Positions 62,424 through 64,000 of a stretch of 64,000 bases of DNA are shown one piece after another. The number at the start of each line of letters is the position of its first letter. Position 1 is the stretch's first letter. The stretch is from a virus (lineage: Duplodnaviria; Caudoviricetes), in IMG/VR virus record IMGVR_UViG_3300032308_001355, positions 369-64,368 of that record; one strand, given 5' to 3'. The translations under genes were made by a program, and so were the position numbers. The notes under the pieces were generated by a model that searched no databases, had not been told where the DNA came from, and saw only the letters and a program-made list of their open reading frames with translations.

Positions 62424-63480
62424 TATATGCAGTATACCCCGCAATTGAAGGTACTGCAAAGAATGCACGAGAGCTTAATCCCGTTGAGGTGCGAATAGTT
62501 CCAACATTAGTGCCTGCAACAAATAAGTTTCCAAAAGCAAGTGCAGTTATAGAAGCGGTTGAGGGGTTATAAATATTAACATCCCAAGTGACCGCATCTG
62601 TTGATGTTCTTAAGGCTCCATTATTACTACCAGCTACCCAAAGATTATTACCATATGCTATTGATAAAATAGTAGTAGTGAATGTAGATGTTTGAGTAGT
62701 CCAAGTTATAGTATCAGTAGAGGTTCTTATAGCACTACCAGCAACAGCAACAAAAAGATTATTTCCATATGCTATTGATGCAATAGTAGTAGTAAAATTA
62801 GAAGTCTGAGTATCCCAAGTGATTGCATCAGTTGAAGTTCTTAAAGCTCCACCATTACCACCAGCAACAAAAAGATTATTGCCGTATGCTACTGTGTTAA
62901 TAGCAGAAGCACCAAAGTTAGAAGTTTGAGTAATCCAAGTTACCGCATCTGTGCTTGTTCTTAAAGTTCCAGCAAAACCACCAGCTACCCAAAGATTATT
63001 TCCGTATGCTATTGATAAAATAGAAGTAGTAAATGTAGAAGTTTGAGTATTCCACGTAACACCATCTGTACTTGTTCTTAACTGACCACCATTGCCACCA
63101 GCAACAAAAAGATTATTTCCGTATGCTATTGAGTAAATTTGAGTAGTAAATGTAGAAGGTTGAGTTGCCCAAGTAATACCGTCGGTAGAGGTTTTTATTT
63201 GTGTACTAGAACCCGCATTAGCGCCAGCTACCCAGATACCATTGCCGTAGGCTACAGTAGTAAGTGCTAAAGTAAATTGCGTAGGTTGAGAGGCCCAAGT
63301 AGCTACTATGGGATTTTTTGTTTTTTTAGACAACACGCTATTTAAATCCATATTAAATGTAGTATTTGCGTTTACCCACTCAGGCCCAGGTCGCCCTAAA
63401 GTAGATTTTACATATATAGTATCGCCTACGCGATAAACACCAGATGGGTTTGGAGAGCCTTTAAATAATCCATTATTCAC
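62410..63480 (-). CDS. Thr-rich beta-propeller repeat protein (probable virion appendage)
   Basis: about seven ~39 aa repeats IAYGNNL[FW]VAGG..G.LRTSTD..TW.TQTS.F. Confidence 0.85.
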   Translation of the reverse strand: MNNGLFKGSPNPSGVYRVGDTIYVKSTLGRPGPEWVNANTTFNMDLNSVLSKKTKNPIVATWASQPTQFTLALTTVAYGNGIWVAGANAGSSTQIKTSTDGITWATQPSTFTTQIYSIAYGNNLFVAGGNGGQLRTSTDGVTWNTQTSTFTTSILSIAYGNNLWVAGGFAGTLRTSTDAVTWITQTSNFGASAINTVAYGNNLFVAGGNGGALRTSTDAITWDTQTSNFTTTIASIAYGNNLFVAVAGSAIRTSTDTITWTTQTSTFTTTILSIAYGNNLWVAGSNNGALRTSTDAVTWDVNIYNPSTASITALAFGNLFVAGTNVGTIRTSTGLSSRAFFAVPSIAGYTAYIKSY

Positions 63481-64000
63481 GCATCCACCCCCAAACGCTA
63501 TTTCCTAAATTAATAGTAGGAAGTACAAAAGAATAAGTTTTTAAAACTCCATTATTACCACCAGCAACAAAAAGATTATTGCCAAATGCTATTGAGTTAA
63601 TAGAAGTAGTAAATGTAGAGGTTTGAGTATTCCACGTAATAGCGTCAGTACTTGTTCTTAAAGCTCCACCAAAACCACCAGCAACAAAAAGATTATTACC
63701 GTATGCTATTGTGTTAATAATAGAAGTACCAAAGTTAGAAGTTTGAGTAGTCCAAGTAATAGCATCAGTTGATGTTCTTATAGCACCACCACTACCACCA
63801 GCTACCCAAAGATTATTACCATATGCTATTCCGTTAATATCTTCTGAAGTACCAAAATTAGAAGTTTGAGTAGTCCAAGTTATTGCATCTGTGCTTGTTC
63901 TTAAAGTTCCAGCAAAACCACCAGCAACAAAAAGATTATTTCCGTATGCTATTGATAAAATAGCAGTAGTAAATGTAGAAGTTTGAGTATTCCACGTAAC
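62500..64000. repeat. ~117-120 bp coding tandem repeats shared by two genes
   Basis: recurrent ccagcaacaaaaagattatt.cc.tatgctattg and gaagtttgagta.tcca blocks. Confidence 0.9.
63473..64000 (-). CDS. second beta-propeller repeat protein, 5' end beyond window
   Basis: open frame from 64000 to TAA at 63473 with the same repeats. Confidence 0.85.
   Translation of the reverse strand, partial: VTWNTQTSTFTTAILSIAYGNNLFVAGGFAGTLRTSTDAITWTTQTSNFGTSEDINGIAYGNNLWVAGGSGGAIRTSTDAITWTTQTSNFGTSIINTIAYGNNLFVAGGFGGALRTSTDAITWNTQTSTFTTSINSIAFGNNLFVAGGNNGVLKTYSFVLPTINLGNSVWGWMRE

Noticed and set aside
62410-64000. Diversity-generating retroelement TR/VR pair
   Set aside because: Repeats are in-frame coding blades, differences are not adenine-specific, and no reverse transcriptase is visible.
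1-64000. Alternative genetic code or stop-codon reassignment
   Set aside because: Genes tile densely under code 11, all three stops are used, and the only tRNA is a normal Gln(UUG).

Overview
A 64 kb piece of a lytic-looking, contractile-tailed (myovirus-type) dsDNA phage genome. The host is probably a low-GC Actinobacterium (WhiB, many leaderless TANNNT-N6/7-ATG promoters, monomeric class II RNR). There are four parts. (1) 1-1.8 kb, minus strand: accessory genes and tRNA-Gln. (2) 1.9-14.7 kb, plus strand: an early block of different composition, built from small promoter-genes-terminator cassettes. It includes DUF932, a HicA-like gene and a MoxR AAA+/VWA pair, and is punctuated by two repeated motifs, DnaA boxes and several structured non-coding stretches. 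(3) 14.8-42.5 kb, minus strand: nucleotide metabolism, recombination and replication (NrdJ, nucleotidyltransferase/HAD-like/TGT-like cluster, phosphoesterase, proteasome-beta protease, SpoVS, RuvC, Cas4-like, WhiB, RecA, PolA, SNF2 helicase, primase, DnaB, DnaC-like). (4) 42.5-64 kb: baseplate, tail and neck genes, Lys-rich microproteins, a glycosyl/methyltransferase cassette and beta-propeller repeat proteins. No capsid, portal, terminase or integrase is in the window. The best novelty candidates are the composite inter-cassette element (inverted GTTTGTGTTG/CAACACAAAC arms, a covarying 3-nt-loop hairpin, and a GGGTTGTTATA box at fixed distance from -35), the NTase/HAD/TGT-fold operon, three adjacent proteins sharing an MAxDR N-terminal tag, and a probable +1 frameshift at UUU-CGC. 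All product calls come from motif recognition by eye, without database searches.
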